The notes: a model not told the origin generated them from the sequence alone. Shown: positions 18,281 to 28,194, counted from the stretch's first letter. The stretch is DNA of 34,126 nt from a virus (IMGVR_UViG_3300037296_000407:1-34126), one strand, 5' to 3'. Numbers and translations: made by a program.

Positions 18281-20059
18281 ATGGCCTACTCTTCTGAAAT
18301 TCGTGAAGCCGCTAAGCGGCTTTATTTACGCCACCACACGCCCGACGAAATACGCGCGGAACTGGGGCTAACAAACAACCGTTTAATTTACTATTGGGCC
18401 GAGAAATACAATTGGCGCGATATGCTGCGCGAGGAAGATGTAGACGAAGCTATTGCACGGCGCATTTTAATACTTACCGACGTAAGCGACAAAACAGGCA
18501 ACCAAATAAAAGAGCTAGACATGCTGATAGAAAAGCACGTTAAGCTTAAAAAGCAGCGTGTTGATCAAGCTAAAAAAGCAGCCCAGGCTAACGAGCCACC
18601 AAGCACTAATAAAGGCGGTAACAAAAACAATAATAGCGAAGGGGGTAAAAGCAAAGGCCGTAAACGTAAAAACGATGTTAGCCATTTAACCGAAGAGGAT
18701 TTTGGCACCTGGTACGACTCGTTATTTGAATACCAAAAAACCATGCACGAAAATTTGCATCAACGTATTCGTAATATTTTAAAAAGCCGCCAAATTGGGG
18801 CTACTTATTATTTTGCGGGTGAAGCGTTTAAAAATGCGGTATTAACGGGCGACCCACAAATATTCCTCTCTGCGAGTCGTGCACAGGCTGAGGTGTTTCG
18901 TAGTTATATAATTGCTATTGCGCAAGAATTTTTTGAAATAGAGCTAACCGGTAACCCCATTACGTTACACACCGCCCATGGTGATGCTGAATTAAGGTTT
19001 TTAAGTACTAATAGCAAAACCGCGCAAAGTTACCACGGGCATGTTTATGTAGATGAATACTTTTGGATTGGTAAGTTTAACGAGCTAAACAAATTAGCCA
19101 GTGCTATGGCCACGCACAAAAAGTGGCGTAAAACGTATTTTTCGACCCCATCGACTAAAGCGCACCCTGCTTATACTTTTTGGACGGGTGATCACTGGCG
19201 ACAAGGCCGCGCTGAACGCGAAGAAATTGAGTTTCCGACCTTTGTAGAATTACGCGATAACGGCAGGCTGTGCCCCGATAAACAATGGCGCTATGTAGTT
19301 ACCATTGAAGATGCGCTGCGCGGTGGTTGTGAGCTGTTCGACATTGACGAGCTGCGCGACGAATACAACGCCGATGATTTTAATAACCTGTTTATGTGCA
19401 TTTTTGTGGACGATGCCGACAGTATATTTAAATTTAGCGACCTTGAAAAAGCCATGGTCGATGCCACACGCTGGCAGGATCACAAACCCAATGCGGTACA
19501 GCCATTTGGTAACCGCGAGGTGTGGCTGGGGTATGACCCTTCGCGCACCCGCGATAATGCCGCATTGGTGGTGGTTGCCCCACCCGAAAAAGCAGGCGAA
19601 AAATTTAGAATACTTGAAAAGCATTATTGGCGCGGTATGAACTTTTCGCACCATGTAAGCGAAATTCAAAAAATATACGCTAAGTACCGCGTTACTTATA
19701 TTGGTGTAGATACCACCGGCATTGGCGCGGGGGTGTTTGACTCAATAAGCACATTGTACCCGCGTGAAGCCACCGCCATACATTACAGCGTAGGCAGTAA
19801 AACCCGCTTAGTACTTAAAATGATAGACCTGATTGAAGGTGGCCGACTTGAGTGGGATGCATCCCATAAAGACATTGCTATGAGCTGCCTTTCAATACGC
19901 CGCACCAGTACCGACTCGGGCGGCGCCATAACCTTTAAAGCTAGCCGCGATAACACCATAGGCCATGCAGACGTATTTTTTGCTATTAGCCACGCTGTTA
20001 TTAACGAACCCCTTAACCATGCACATAAGAGAAAATCACGATGGACCATGCAGAATTAG
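18281..20059 (+). CDS. P: Terminase ATPase (large) subunit gpP
   Basis: N-terminal HTH; LKSRQIGAT Walker A, VYVDEYFW Walker B, GYDPSR and HAD.F.A motifs. Confidence 0.97.
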   Translation: MAYSSEIREAAKRLYLRHHTPDEIRAELGLTNNRLIYYWAEKYNWRDMLREEDVDEAIARRILILTDVSDKTGNQIKELDMLIEKHVKLKKQRVDQAKKAAQANEPPSTNKGGNKNNNSEGGKSKGRKRKNDVSHLTEEDFGTWYDSLFEYQKTMHENLHQRIRNILKSRQIGATYYFAGEAFKNAVLTGDPQIFLSASRAQAEVFRSYIIAIAQEFFEIELTGNPITLHTAHGDAELRFLSTNSKTAQSYHGHVYVDEYFWIGKFNELNKLASAMATHKKWRKTYFSTPSTKAHPAYTFWTGDHWRQGRAEREEIEFPTFVELRDNGRLCPDKQWRYVVTIEDALRGGCELFDIDELRDEYNADDFNNLFMCIFVDDADSIFKFSDLEKAMVDATRWQDHKPNAVQPFGNREVWLGYDPSRTRDNAALVVVAPPEKAGEKFRILEKHYWRGMNFSHHVSEIQKIYAKYRVTYIGVDTTGIGAGVFDSISTLYPREATAIHYSVGSKTRLVLKMIDLIEGGRLEWDASHKDIAMSCLSIRRTSTDSGGAITFKASRDNTIGHADVFFAISHAVINEPLNHAHKRKSRWTMQN

Positions 20060-21093
20060 ACCAAAACGCTGAGCAGTTAACCCAGCAACCAGACGATCAG
20101 CAAGACGATCAACAAGGTAAACAAAATGCGCCCGTTGTGTTTGGCTTGCCTGAGCAAGTTATGCCGGATATGTGGCTAACCGATTACGACTCGCTTTTTT
20201 ATAACGATATGGATAATTACTGGGAGCCGCCAGTAGACCGCCATTTATTAGCCAACTTAACACGCCGTAATGCCCAGCACGGCGGCATAGTGCAAAGCCG
20301 TGCAAACATGGCCGCTAGCCGTTTTATTAGTGGTGGTATGAGTGCGCAGCAAGTACAAGCGGGGTTTTTAAACCTGGTGCAATTTGGTGATGTGGCTTTA
20401 TTAAAAATACGTAATGGCTTTGGGCAAATTGTAAGGTTGTTTCCGCTGCCTAGTTACCGTACTCGCGTTGGTGGTGATGGTGGCGCGGTAGTGCTTGAGC
20501 GAAATAGCCAAGTAAAAAAATACAAAAAGCGCGACATTATTTGGGTTCGCCAGTACGACCCAGTTCAGCAAGTGTATGGCTTGGCCGATTACTTGGGTGG
20601 CTTACAGGCTACGTTATTAAATGAAGACGCTACGCTATTCCGCCGTAAGTATTTTTTAAATGGTGCGCACATGGGTTTTATTATGTACGCGACTGATCCC
20701 AACTTAGACGTTGATGTTGAAAAAGATATAAAAGAAAAAATTCAAGATTCAAAGGGCGTGGGTAACTTCCGTTCGTTATTCGTAAACATACCCAACGGTA
20801 AAGAAAAGGGCTTACAAATAATTCCTGTGGGTAATTTTGAAAGTAAAGACGAGTTTATGAACGTTAAAAACGTATCGGCGCAAGATATATTAAACGCTCA
20901 CCGTTTTCCACCGGGCTTAGCAGGGATTATTCCGGCTAACAATGCAGGCCTTGGCGACCCGACCAAATACGATGCTATGTATTTTAAAAATGAAACTAAA
21001 CCGCTGATTAAGTTAATGATGGATGAAGTAGCGCGCGATCCTGAAATTGGCAGTAAGTTGCAGCTAAATTTTGATTTAGAGCCCAGCGCGTAA
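20041..21093 (+). CDS. Q: Portal protein gpQ (PBSX family)
   Basis: [30 protein letters not shown] and AHRFPP.L.G motifs. Confidence 0.96.
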   Translation: MDHAELDQNAEQLTQQPDDQQDDQQGKQNAPVVFGLPEQVMPDMWLTDYDSLFYNDMDNYWEPPVDRHLLANLTRRNAQHGGIVQSRANMAASRFISGGMSAQQVQAGFLNLVQFGDVALLKIRNGFGQIVRLFPLPSYRTRVGGDGGAVVLERNSQVKKYKKRDIIWVRQYDPVQQVYGLADYLGGLQATLLNEDATLFRRKYFLNGAHMGFIMYATDPNLDVDVEKDIKEKIQDSKGVGNFRSLFVNIPNGKEKGLQIIPVGNFESKDEFMNVKNVSAQDILNAHRFPPGLAGIIPANNAGLGDPTKYDAMYFKNETKPLIKLMMDEVARDPEIGSKLQLNFDLEPSA

Positions 21094-21348
21094 AGCGTAA
21101 AACTTGCTATGCTGCGCATCGTGCGCTTTTATTTTTTCGACCTTCCCCGCTGTGACCTCAAGACGCTTAAGTGCTCTTGTTAAGTTGGGGCTTTTTACGC
21201 CATTAAGTAACGCGGCATTTGTTTTACCAATGCCGCGAACTAAGTAATCGCTAAGCGCCGACTTTATATCTTCACTGGTGCTTTTACCAAACGACAAAAG
21301 CATATCTAACCGCTCTTGGCTTTGTGACCCTTTATATAAATATTGCAT
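21076..21348 (-). CDS. PapB/FocB-like transcriptional regulator
   Basis: L..G......LL.......SE.I..AL.DYLV.G.....A....GV...N...AL.RL pattern. Confidence 0.75.
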   Translation of the reverse strand: MQYLYKGSQSQERLDMLLSFGKSTSEDIKSALSDYLVRGIGKTNAALLNGVKSPNLTRALKRLEVTAGKVEKIKAHDAQHSKFYALRAGL

Positions 21349-21367
21349 GCTAAAACCCTTAAATTAC

Positions 21368-21385
21368 TTATCACTTAAGTGATAA
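21368..21385. promoter_or_regulatory. Perfect 18 bp palindrome upstream of the PapB-like gene (putative operator)
   Basis: TTATCACTTAAGTGATAA. Confidence 0.55.
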
Positions 21386-21428
21386 TTAATTTATTTTAGG
21401 TATATTGCGGCTATTTGTAAATGCTTAT

Positions 21429-21462
21429 TTGTTATGCACAAATACACTGTATATAATGACAG
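21429..21462 (+). promoter_or_regulatory. ogr promoter with an overlapping LexA (SOS) box
   Basis: TTGTTA-17-TATAAT; CTGTATATAATGACAG (CTGT-N8-ACAG) at 21447-21462 covers the -10. Confidence 0.8.
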
Positions 21463-21493
21463 TTAATTTTTATGGCTTTATATTGGTGCGGTT

Positions 21494-21736
21494 ATGCGGG
21501 TAATGTGTCCGAATTGTGGAAGTAAAGCGACTATTTCATCAAGAGAAAATCAATCAACCCATGTAGCTGATCTCTATATTTCATGTAGTAACGTTAAAAA
21601 CTGTGGAGCAACGTTTGTAAGTACCTTAGCATTTAAGCATTACCTAAACCCACCCCGCCAAACAACGGTAGAACTTGCCGCATCATTACTTAAAAACTTA
21701 CCTCGGGAACAACAGTTAGAGTTAATTGGGCTTTAG
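21494..21736 (+). CDS. ogr: Ogr/Delta-like zinc-finger late transcription activator
   Basis: CP.CG.KA.I.S and Y..C....CG.TF motifs. Confidence 0.93.
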   Translation: MRVMCPNCGSKATISSRENQSTHVADLYISCSNVKNCGATFVSTLAFKHYLNPPRQTTVELAASLLKNLPREQQLELIGL

Positions 21737-21756
21737 CCATTTAAGTATTAGCCATT

Positions 21757-21785
21757 AAAAAAGCCCGCATTATGCGGGCTTTTTT
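21757..21785. terminator. Bidirectional intrinsic terminator
   Basis: A6-GCCCGCA-tta-TGCGGGC-T6 between convergent genes. Confidence 0.9.
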
Positions 21786-21796
21786 GTGGGTGTTGC

Positions 21797-22174
21797 TTAC
21801 TGTCGACGCGAGTTGTATGTTGACTGGTTTTGCTGTGGCGCATTTTGCGGCTGGTCATACTGCCCTTGATATTGCGGCGGTGCGTAACCTTGGTTTTGTT
21901 GGTTTTGGCTTTGGTGGTTTTGGTTATTATGTGCTTGGCCGTTCTGGCTTTCGCTTTCCCAAAAAATATATAATTTTAACGGGCCTTGTTGATTAATTGG
22001 CATTGTGTCGAGTTCTATTTCAATGCTATCGCTGCCGCCTTGGTTGCTGCTCGGCCATTTAGTGGCGCGGCCTAAAGTGGCGTAACGGTTTTTGGTTTCG
22101 TTGCCTTGCTGGTATTTTTCGGCAATACAAGCAACACGGCCTTTATCGAGTGGTTTGTTATTTTGTGGGTGCAT
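21797..22174 (-). CDS. Putative ssDNA-binding protein-like, with a Q/N-rich tail
   Basis: Beta-rich core (Y...GETK.RY..LG, I.LD..P) followed by a low-complexity Q/N/P tail. Confidence 0.5.
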   Translation of the reverse strand: MHPQNNKPLDKGRVACIAEKYQQGNETKNRYATLGRATKWPSSNQGGSDSIEIELDTMPINQQGPLKLYIFWESESQNGQAHNNQNHQSQNQQNQGYAPPQYQGQYDQPQNAPQQNQSTYNSRRQ

Positions 22175-22268
22175 AGTGCGTTTCCTTTTTGGTTAATGTT
22201 TTATTTAATGATTTGTGCTTAACAACTGAGTGGTACACCCAGTTGCGACGTTTAACGTTTGGTTTCAT
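22158..22268 (-). CDS. Small basic ORF (36 aa), not in the ORF track
   Basis: MKPNVKRRNWVYHSVVKHKSLNKTLTKKETHYAPTK*; GGTGA RBS; fills the gap in the operon. Confidence 0.45.
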   Translation of the reverse strand: MKPNVKRRNWVYHSVVKHKSLNKTLTKKETHYAPTK

Positions 22269-22271
22269 TGA

Positions 22272-22658
22272 TCACCATAATTCGCTTAATTCTTTTTCTA
22301 ACTGCTTTTGCGCTAAGCGCTCTTCTAACAGTTCGCGGGTTGACTTGCTGCGCTGCTGGTATTGCGGGCGCGGCTCTTGGTTTTCGTGGTGCGGCATTTT
22401 GGCCGGTGCGCTTGCTGTTTTTGGTGAAACAATTCGCGCCTTTTTATTGCGTGGTTTAGTTTCACCAGTTCGAACCTTATATTCTTTGCGCTCACAGCCA
22501 CAACCTTGAACTAGGCCTAAGTTATCTTTACGTACTACGCGAGTGGTGCCGCATACGCATTTACACATAAAATGCTGCACCCCTCGGTTGCGGCGGTCTT
22601 CGTTTAATACTGTCCAGTTGTTGAAAACGTCACCCGCTGTTACTTTACCTGTGGCCAT
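22272..22658 (-). CDS. CxCxCG-domain protein (HNH/AP2-associated N-terminal-type domain, no nuclease motif)
   Basis: G..F..WTV......MCKCVCG.......NL....GCGC. Confidence 0.65.
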   Translation of the reverse strand: MATGKVTAGDVFNNWTVLNEDRRNRGVQHFMCKCVCGTTRVVRKDNLGLVQGCGCERKEYKVRTGETKPRNKKARIVSPKTASAPAKMPHHENQEPRPQYQQRSKSTRELLEERLAQKQLEKELSELW

Positions 22659-22660
22659 GG

Positions 22661-22930
22661 TTACGCTCCCGCCAATAAACGTAGGCGCTTAAATAACAAT
22701 GCGGTGTTTTGTAATTGGTCTATTGTGATGCGGCGCCCATCGATGGCGATTACTTTTAGCTTTTCAACTGGGTATTGCTCTTCGATTACTGTGTAACGAG
22801 GATCACGTTTAATATTATTAATACATCGTGAGCCATTTGTTAGCGACTCGCCAAAGGCATGGCCTAACATTCTTGCTGTATAAAATAACCCTGTTGAAAG
22901 CATTTTTTCTGCTGCTGATTGAGTATTCAT
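22661..22930 (-). CDS. Hypothetical protein (89 aa)
   Basis: ATG at 22930 with a GGAG RBS, directly after gpA. Confidence 0.65.
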   Translation of the reverse strand: MNTQSAAEKMLSTGLFYTARMLGHAFGESLTNGSRCINNIKRDPRYTVIEEQYPVEKLKVIAIDGRRITIDQLQNTALLFKRLRLLAGA

Positions 22931-22938
22931 ATTTTCTC

Positions 22939-25900
22939 CTACGCCATTAAGTCGATTGACCACCAATCGTTACTGCTGATTGCTGATGCTTCGCCAGCTA
23001 GCACTAATCTAGCTAAATCTAAATCGCCGATAAGGTCGGCGTGGCCTTTACTAAATTGGGTGTTTGATGGGGTGTTACGCCCGTCAAGCTCTGAATACAT
23101 GTGCGCTAGGTCGTAAAGCTCGCGAGCGTATGCATAATGTTTGTCTGTTGGGGTTGGCTTAATAGTCGATTTTGGCGCTTGCATGTTTAGTTGCTCAAAG
23201 CTGTGTAGCTCGCGCTCTTGCATGTAGTACACGCGGTTGGCTTTAATAACGTTGCCGCCTTGGTTTAACTGCTTCATTTGAGCGCCAGTAAACATATTTA
23301 AGAGGTCATCGCATGGTTTGGCTGTTTGCTCGTCTACATTTGGGGTGTGTTTTTGGGCTTCGGTATTAGCTATATAGTCAATAGCGTGCTGGCGATGCTC
23401 TTTTTGCTGCGCTGATTCGTCCAGTACCACTAAATGGCCGTCTTTTATTAGGTAAATATGGCCGTTATTTCTAACCCGTTTACCCGCTAACAGATCCTTT
23501 TTAACGTTAATGATCTCTTTTGAAGTAAATCCGATCATGTCTAGCAATAATTCGTCTGTATGCCCTACAGCTAAAGGCGTACGATTATTCCCACTAGTCC
23601 AAGGTAGGTCGGCTGCGCCGACGTTGTTGGCATCCTGCCCACCAATAACGGCGGTGTTTTCTGCTGCTGCGGTGCCTATAACTTGCTTAGACCAGGTATG
23701 AACGCGAGTAACAAGCGTGCAAAGGCCAAAGGTGTCTTCAACGCCCTTTAGGGTTTTAGTAAATTCGGCATATTGATTGCCGTATTCGGTATGTTGGTAG
23801 GCAGGTTTAAAGCGTGCATCGCGGCCAATACCAAAGCCACCCATTAAGGTAACAAAGGTTTTAAAGTCGCCTTTGTCGGCGGCTTGGCGTATTTGCTCTA
23901 ACTGCTCGTTGCCTTGCACTTCTTCGCGCACTCGGCGCAGTTCGCGCCAAATAGTAATAGAGGGCGACTTTTGAAACTGAAACTGCCTAATGCCCCATGT
24001 GCTCGCCCATGCTTTAACTGGATTAACGGCTTGGGTTAGCTTTTCGCCTGTTTCTGCGTCGTACTCGTTTGCCAGTGCAAAGCCATCAATATTTTTACTT
24101 ACGTACTTAGCAACATAAGCCGCTGCGCCGCCTGTTTTTTTGCCATCTTTGCCAATTTGCGCCGGTAGCATTTTTATAGCGGTGTAGCGTGGGCTGCTCG
24201 GAAAGTAGTTTTTAACCGGTGCACGGGTGTACACCTTTTTAGATTTATTTAAACCCCAAATACGGCGCGCCTTTGTGTAGCGTGCGCGTAATGATTTGCG
24301 GTTTTTAAAACGCTGAAAAAATACTTCGCGGTCGTCGCGGGTAAAGTAGCGGCGTAATATGTGGTTAACTTTGTCGTAGTAACGGGTTGGCATCCATAAA
24401 AGCATGTGCCAGTGAGTGCAACCGTCTGCATGTGGTTCGGCTACACGAATACCAAAGTATGGTATTTCTTCGCGGTCTAATTTTGCGCGGGCCTGTGAGT
24501 AAAGCTTATTTAAATATAGGCTTGCATCTTTTGGCGTTGACCCATCCCACGTAGGTGAGTTTGCATGAAAACGGCTAGGCGCAGTAATGTTATAAAAGCC
24601 GCCTGTGTAACCCATTTCGTCGGCGAGTTCTTCGGTTTCGCGTATGCGTAGCATTAATTCGTTACGCATGTTTTCTGGGTTGGCAACGCCTGCTTCTACC
24701 GCTTTCATTAGCGATATAACATCGCTTTGCTCGTTTACTAATTCTAGGCTTTCTAGGTAGCGTTGGCCGCGTTCGCGATTGGTTGTGTATTCGGCAATTG
24801 CTTGCTTTGAACAATACGCACTTATGCCACGGCGTTTGGTGGTTTTAGCGCCTTTTTTATCAATGCTGTTAAATAGGTCGCGGCCTACTTCGCCTGTTGC
24901 AATTTCTAGGTGCTCTAGGTAGCGGCTGCGTACTGTTTTAAGTTTACGCGCCCACCACTTATGATCTTGCGCTTTTAAAAGTGCTACTTCTGCATCGGGT
25001 ATTGTTAAGTATTCGCTTTTTTCAGCAAATTGTAATTGCACCGTAAATTGTGCGGCGTATTCATTTACGCTTGCGTGTATGTCGGTTGCATCCCACGTGG
25101 GCTGCTCTTTTGCTAGGTCAGCTATTATTTCGGCTGTTTGCATTGCCAATACGTTTGCATGTTTTTTGGTTTTGTCGGCATTGGCTAATATGTGCCAAGG
25201 CAGCGGCATAGCATTAGTAATTTGCTCTAGTATTTTAAGGCGTGGCTTTAATGTTTTTACGGTACGACGTAACCAGTTATTTGCACTGTATTGAGCGCGA
25301 ATATTTGCGCTTGTGGGCTGTGCTTTTTGGTGCGGGTTTTTAGTGCCGCTAAAGTCGTAAAGTGCACGGCTTATTTGTATTAGTTCGTCTTTGCTTGCGT
25401 TGGCTGTGCTTTTTAGGCTGGTGTCGTATTTATTAATAAAGCGCTTAGCTACACGCATTTGCAGTGGCTTGGGTACTTTGCTTAAACATTGGTAAACAAA
25501 CTTAACTTCTTCAGCGTCGTCTATTGCGTTAATAACCGACATGGCTGAGCTAGAAACCTGATCGCCTACTTCTTGTTTTAAGTTTTGCTCAGTTAAAGGT
25601 TGTTTATTTTTTGCGTTGCGCTGCTTTTGTGCAAACTCCACATTTGTAGCAGTTTGGCGTACAAAGCTGGCTTGTATGCTGGGTGCGCGTTTACTTTCAA
25701 TAATGTCTTTTACAATAAAATTATGAATATTATTGTTATGCACTTTTTTAAGCGCGGCTTTAGCTGGTGCACTTATTTTAAGGTTAGTTACATCAATGCG
25801 GTGTTGTGCTGTTTTAAGCTCATCATAAAGCCAAGCGTTTGCTTTTTCGCTTGGGTTTATGGGCTCGTCTTTATACCAGGCGTTGCTAGGCGGGGTAATT

Positions 25901-26058
25901 TTAGCAAGGTACTGCTTAACCATTTTATATTGGGTGAACGCAGTAAAACGGCCAAGGCCGTTTATTAATGTTGTGCGGTGGTCAATGTCGTCAACGGCCT
26001 TAACCAAAGTTAAAGCCGCTTTACATACATCAAAGTTTACAATGGGCCACATGCTCAT
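22939..26058 (-). CDS. A: Replication endonuclease gpA (rolling-circle initiator)
   Basis: R.ELM.R, TAPSRFH, RVAEPHADG.THWH, Y.AKY.SKNIDG and WAS.WGIRQFQ motifs. Confidence 0.95.
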   Translation of the reverse strand: MSMWPIVNFDVCKAALTLVKAVDDIDHRTTLINGLGRFTAFTQYKMVKQYLAKITPPSNAWYKDEPINPSEKANAWLYDELKTAQHRIDVTNLKISAPAKAALKKVHNNNIHNFIVKDIIESKRAPSIQASFVRQTATNVEFAQKQRNAKNKQPLTEQNLKQEVGDQVSSSAMSVINAIDDAEEVKFVYQCLSKVPKPLQMRVAKRFINKYDTSLKSTANASKDELIQISRALYDFSGTKNPHQKAQPTSANIRAQYSANNWLRRTVKTLKPRLKILEQITNAMPLPWHILANADKTKKHANVLAMQTAEIIADLAKEQPTWDATDIHASVNEYAAQFTVQLQFAEKSEYLTIPDAEVALLKAQDHKWWARKLKTVRSRYLEHLEIATGEVGRDLFNSIDKKGAKTTKRRGISAYCSKQAIAEYTTNRERGQRYLESLELVNEQSDVISLMKAVEAGVANPENMRNELMLRIRETEELADEMGYTGGFYNITAPSRFHANSPTWDGSTPKDASLYLNKLYSQARAKLDREEIPYFGIRVAEPHADGCTHWHMLLWMPTRYYDKVNHILRRYFTRDDREVFFQRFKNRKSLRARYTKARRIWGLNKSKKVYTRAPVKNYFPSSPRYTAIKMLPAQIGKDGKKTGGAAAYVAKYVSKNIDGFALANEYDAETGEKLTQAVNPVKAWASTWGIRQFQFQKSPSITIWRELRRVREEVQGNEQLEQIRQAADKGDFKTFVTLMGGFGIGRDARFKPAYQHTEYGNQYAEFTKTLKGVEDTFGLCTLVTRVHTWSKQVIGTAAAENTAVIGGQDANNVGAADLPWTSGNNRTPLAVGHTDELLLDMIGFTSKEIINVKKDLLAGKRVRNNGHIYLIKDGHLVVLDESAQQKEHRQHAIDYIANTEAQKHTPNVDEQTAKPCDDLLNMFTGAQMKQLNQGGNVIKANRVYYMQERELHSFEQLNMQAPKSTIKPTPTDKHYAYARELYDLAHMYSELDGRNTPSNTQFSKGHADLIGDLDLARLVLAGEASAISSNDWWSIDLMA
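23578..23610 (-). other. Putative P2-type rolling-circle origin within gene A
   Basis: CCTTGGACTAGTGGGAATAATCGT (LPWTSGNNRT) sits where the P2-family ori lies (PW/RS-S-VNNC region). Confidence 0.65.
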
Positions 26059-26060
26059 TG

Positions 26061-26336
26061 TTACAACTCTATTTCCATTGGCTCGCCACCAACTTGCACA
26101 GCATTTAATGCAATGCTCATTTGGCTATAAACGCTTTCAAAATTAGCGTCGTCGTCAGCAATCAGTTTTACGATTGGTAGCAAGTCGGTTAGCGTGTCTT
26201 CGCACTGCATTAGCATGTGTACGGTGCTACGCTTGTTTAAAAGGCGAATTGTAAAATTGGCTTGCTCAATAGTGTGTAAAACAATATTTAGTATTAACTG
26301 TTTTTTAGATAGATCTTGGTCTTTGATAGTGGTCAT
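26061..26336 (-). CDS. Hypothetical protein (91 aa)
   Basis: AAGGAA RBS; part of the early operon. Confidence 0.7.
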   Translation of the reverse strand: MTTIKDQDLSKKQLILNIVLHTIEQANFTIRLLNKRSTVHMLMQCEDTLTDLLPIVKLIADDDANFESVYSQMSIALNAVQVGGEPMEIEL

Positions 26337-26355
26337 TTTTAGTATTCCTTTGGGG

Positions 26356-26664
26356 TTAAAACGGGATTCGTTGAAGGCGGTAATTTATGAGTATTTGATG
26401 AAAAACATCTACATGCTTTACGTTGTGATGATCTTGAATCATGTATTCTTTATATGAGTAGTTAAACCAAGCATCTGCATGCTCAGCCTCTTCTATTGTT
26501 TGTGAGTTAATGCAATCAAACCGCGCTGATATTTCAGGCGCGTATTTTTCAAGCTCTTCGGTTGCTATCTCGTGATCAACAGAAAACATCTTTCTAAAGT
26601 CCATTGATTTTTCACAATGAATTAAATACCTAAGTGCCTTTTTTGCTTTTGGGTGTATTTTCAT
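26356..26664 (-). CDS. Hypothetical protein (102 aa)
   Basis: TAATG coupling to the methyltransferase gene; AT-rich. Confidence 0.65.
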   Translation of the reverse strand: MKIHPKAKKALRYLIHCEKSMDFRKMFSVDHEIATEELEKYAPEISARFDCINSQTIEEAEHADAWFNYSYKEYMIQDHHNVKHVDVFHQILINYRLQRIPF

Positions 26665-27263
26665 TACTTCACTACTCCAAGCGCTGAAAATATCTTTCGG
26701 AACTCTGCGGTTCTATCACCAAGGTAAGTAATAAAACAGCCTTTTGGTGCGCCCTTTTTTACGTTGCCTTGCGCATCGTTAAAGTGTGTTCGGCCATCAA
26801 TAAAGCAGCTTAAACCTGCGTTTAATAACTTTTGGCACCATGCTTCTGAGCTATTAACAAAAGTGATGTTCATTGCTTCTTTAAAGTTACCTTGTGCATA
26901 TTGGTCTAAGTAGTAATCAATCCAATCGCCATTACTTGCTATATCCTCGGTAATGCAGTGGCCACGGTATTTACTGTAATTCGGGTCGTTACATACTTTT
27001 TTAACGCACTTTGGTTTGCAAGCTATTTCACCTTTATTAAATGGATGATTTAACCAAACCGTGTTTGCTATCCAATTTCGTGTTAATGCATCGTCTTCTT
27101 TGGTTAAGTAACACGTTGCTTTTACTGACTTGTTAGCCACAGCACAACTTGCTGGGTCTAAATCAATAACTGGAAACATTTGGTGTACATACTTCAAAAC
27201 TTTATCAGGCGTGTAGAACTCAACATTGCCACTGTCTTGGTTTATTAGCTGGTCGGGAGTCAT
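26664..27263 (-). CDS. Phage DNA N6-adenine methyltransferase (phage Dam-like)
   Basis: E.YTP, DLDPAS, T.EDD.L...W, and WLNHPF in place of NPPF/Y. Confidence 0.75.
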   Translation of the reverse strand: MTPDQLINQDSGNVEFYTPDKVLKYVHQMFPVIDLDPASCAVANKSVKATCYLTKEDDALTRNWIANTVWLNHPFNKGEIACKPKCVKKVCNDPNYSKYRGHCITEDIASNGDWIDYYLDQYAQGNFKEAMNITFVNSSEAWCQKLLNAGLSCFIDGRTHFNDAQGNVKKGAPKGCFITYLGDRTAEFRKIFSALGVVK

Positions 27264-27520
27264 GCTTGCACCTCTGAAAGTGCTTTTCTCAACATGCGAA
27301 TAGACTCTTCACAGCCACCAGTTGATTCAACCCAGCCAATGGTTTGCAGTATTGCATCCTTGAGTATTCGGTTGTTTTTTAACTCTTTTGAAAGGTTATA
27401 AGCCAAAACACGCACGTTATTTCTTGCGTGAACTACATGCTGTTTTTCCATGGCCGATTGTTTAACGCTCATTGTTGCGTTGTCACCTATTCTTGTAACT
27501 GACAATGTTGAAATAGTCAT
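27260..27520 (-). CDS. Hypothetical protein (86 aa)
   Basis: ATG at 27520; ATGA overlap with the methyltransferase gene. Confidence 0.6.
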   Translation of the reverse strand: MTISTLSVTRIGDNATMSVKQSAMEKQHVVHARNNVRVLAYNLSKELKNNRILKDAILQTIGWVESTGGCEESIRMLRKALSEVQA

Positions 27521-27522
27521 GA

Positions 27523-27909
27523 TCAACCCTTAGTAATTGTTAAATGTGAATAATTGGTATTGGCAGGCTCAACCGGTGCATGTTGCACAAATTTAGCGGG
27601 GGCCATGGCGTTAGCGTCGGTAAATGCTTTTACTAATTGCTCCATTTGCAAAATGGCCTTGTGTATTTTTAAGCGGGTTTCTGCATCAAAATTAGCAAAG
27701 CCACTTTCTAAATGATGGCGCTTTAAACCTGCTGCAAAACATACCAATGTGCGCTCTTGCGGGCTTAATACTTTGTTGTAAACGTACCCTGGCATGTGGC
27801 GCTCGCTGCCCATTAATGCTTTTATTTCGGCTAAGCCTTTTGGTATGTGGCGGCCGGTTACTGCCTTTGGTGGCGCTTGGTTTGGGTAGTTAATAGCTGT
27901 GTTTGCCAT
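27523..27909 (-). CDS. P2-like early protein (replication protein B-like)
   Basis: GL..I...M and R..VCFAAGL..HH motifs seen in P2-type early genes. Confidence 0.5.
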   Translation of the reverse strand: MANTAINYPNQAPPKAVTGRHIPKGLAEIKALMGSERHMPGYVYNKVLSPQERTLVCFAAGLKRHHLESGFANFDAETRLKIHKAILQMEQLVKAFTDANAMAPAKFVQHAPVEPANTNYSHLTITKG

Positions 27910-27911
27910 AA

Positions 27912-28184
27912 TTAATTAACTCCTTGCTGGCTGCGTGTTGCTGCATTTAGGTAATTAGTTGCTTGTGTTTTTAACCAGAAAACTGCTTTTTGTATTGTTT
28001 GGTACTCGTCGCCATTGCAATAAACTGGTAAGTCAAAATCACCAACACGCGCTTGAAACACTGGGTCAAAACCAAACACCGCTTTGCGGGTAGTAATTTT
28101 GCAGCTCAATAAATAGCGGCATTGCTCTGCTAATGTTTTAAAGCTGCTTAACGTTTCTCTGCTAAATACTTGGTAAGTGCTCAT
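27912..28184 (-). CDS. Hypothetical protein (90 aa)
   Basis: GGAGCAGGG RBS; part of the early operon. Confidence 0.65.
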   Translation of the reverse strand: MSTYQVFSRETLSSFKTLAEQCRYLLSCKITTRKAVFGFDPVFQARVGDFDLPVYCNGDEYQTIQKAVFWLKTQATNYLNAATRSQQGVN

Positions 28185-28194
28185 TTCCCTGCTC

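Noticed and set aside
20090-20116. Short DDQQ tandem repeat at the portal N-terminus
   Set aside because: Low-complexity disordered leader of little significance
19250-21119. Alternative-frame and antisense ORFs inside terminase and portal
   Set aside because: Nested in conserved genes with no supporting signals
21121-21160. ccttccccgc resembling the P2 cos core near the portal end
   Set aside because: The match is too short and lies within the PapB-like CDS; cos was not identified
21772-22509. Hydrophobic plus-strand ORFs (21772-21996, 22259-22459) as toxins or holins
   Set aside because: Hydrophobicity arises from reading Q/N/K-rich genes in antisense; one starts inside a terminator
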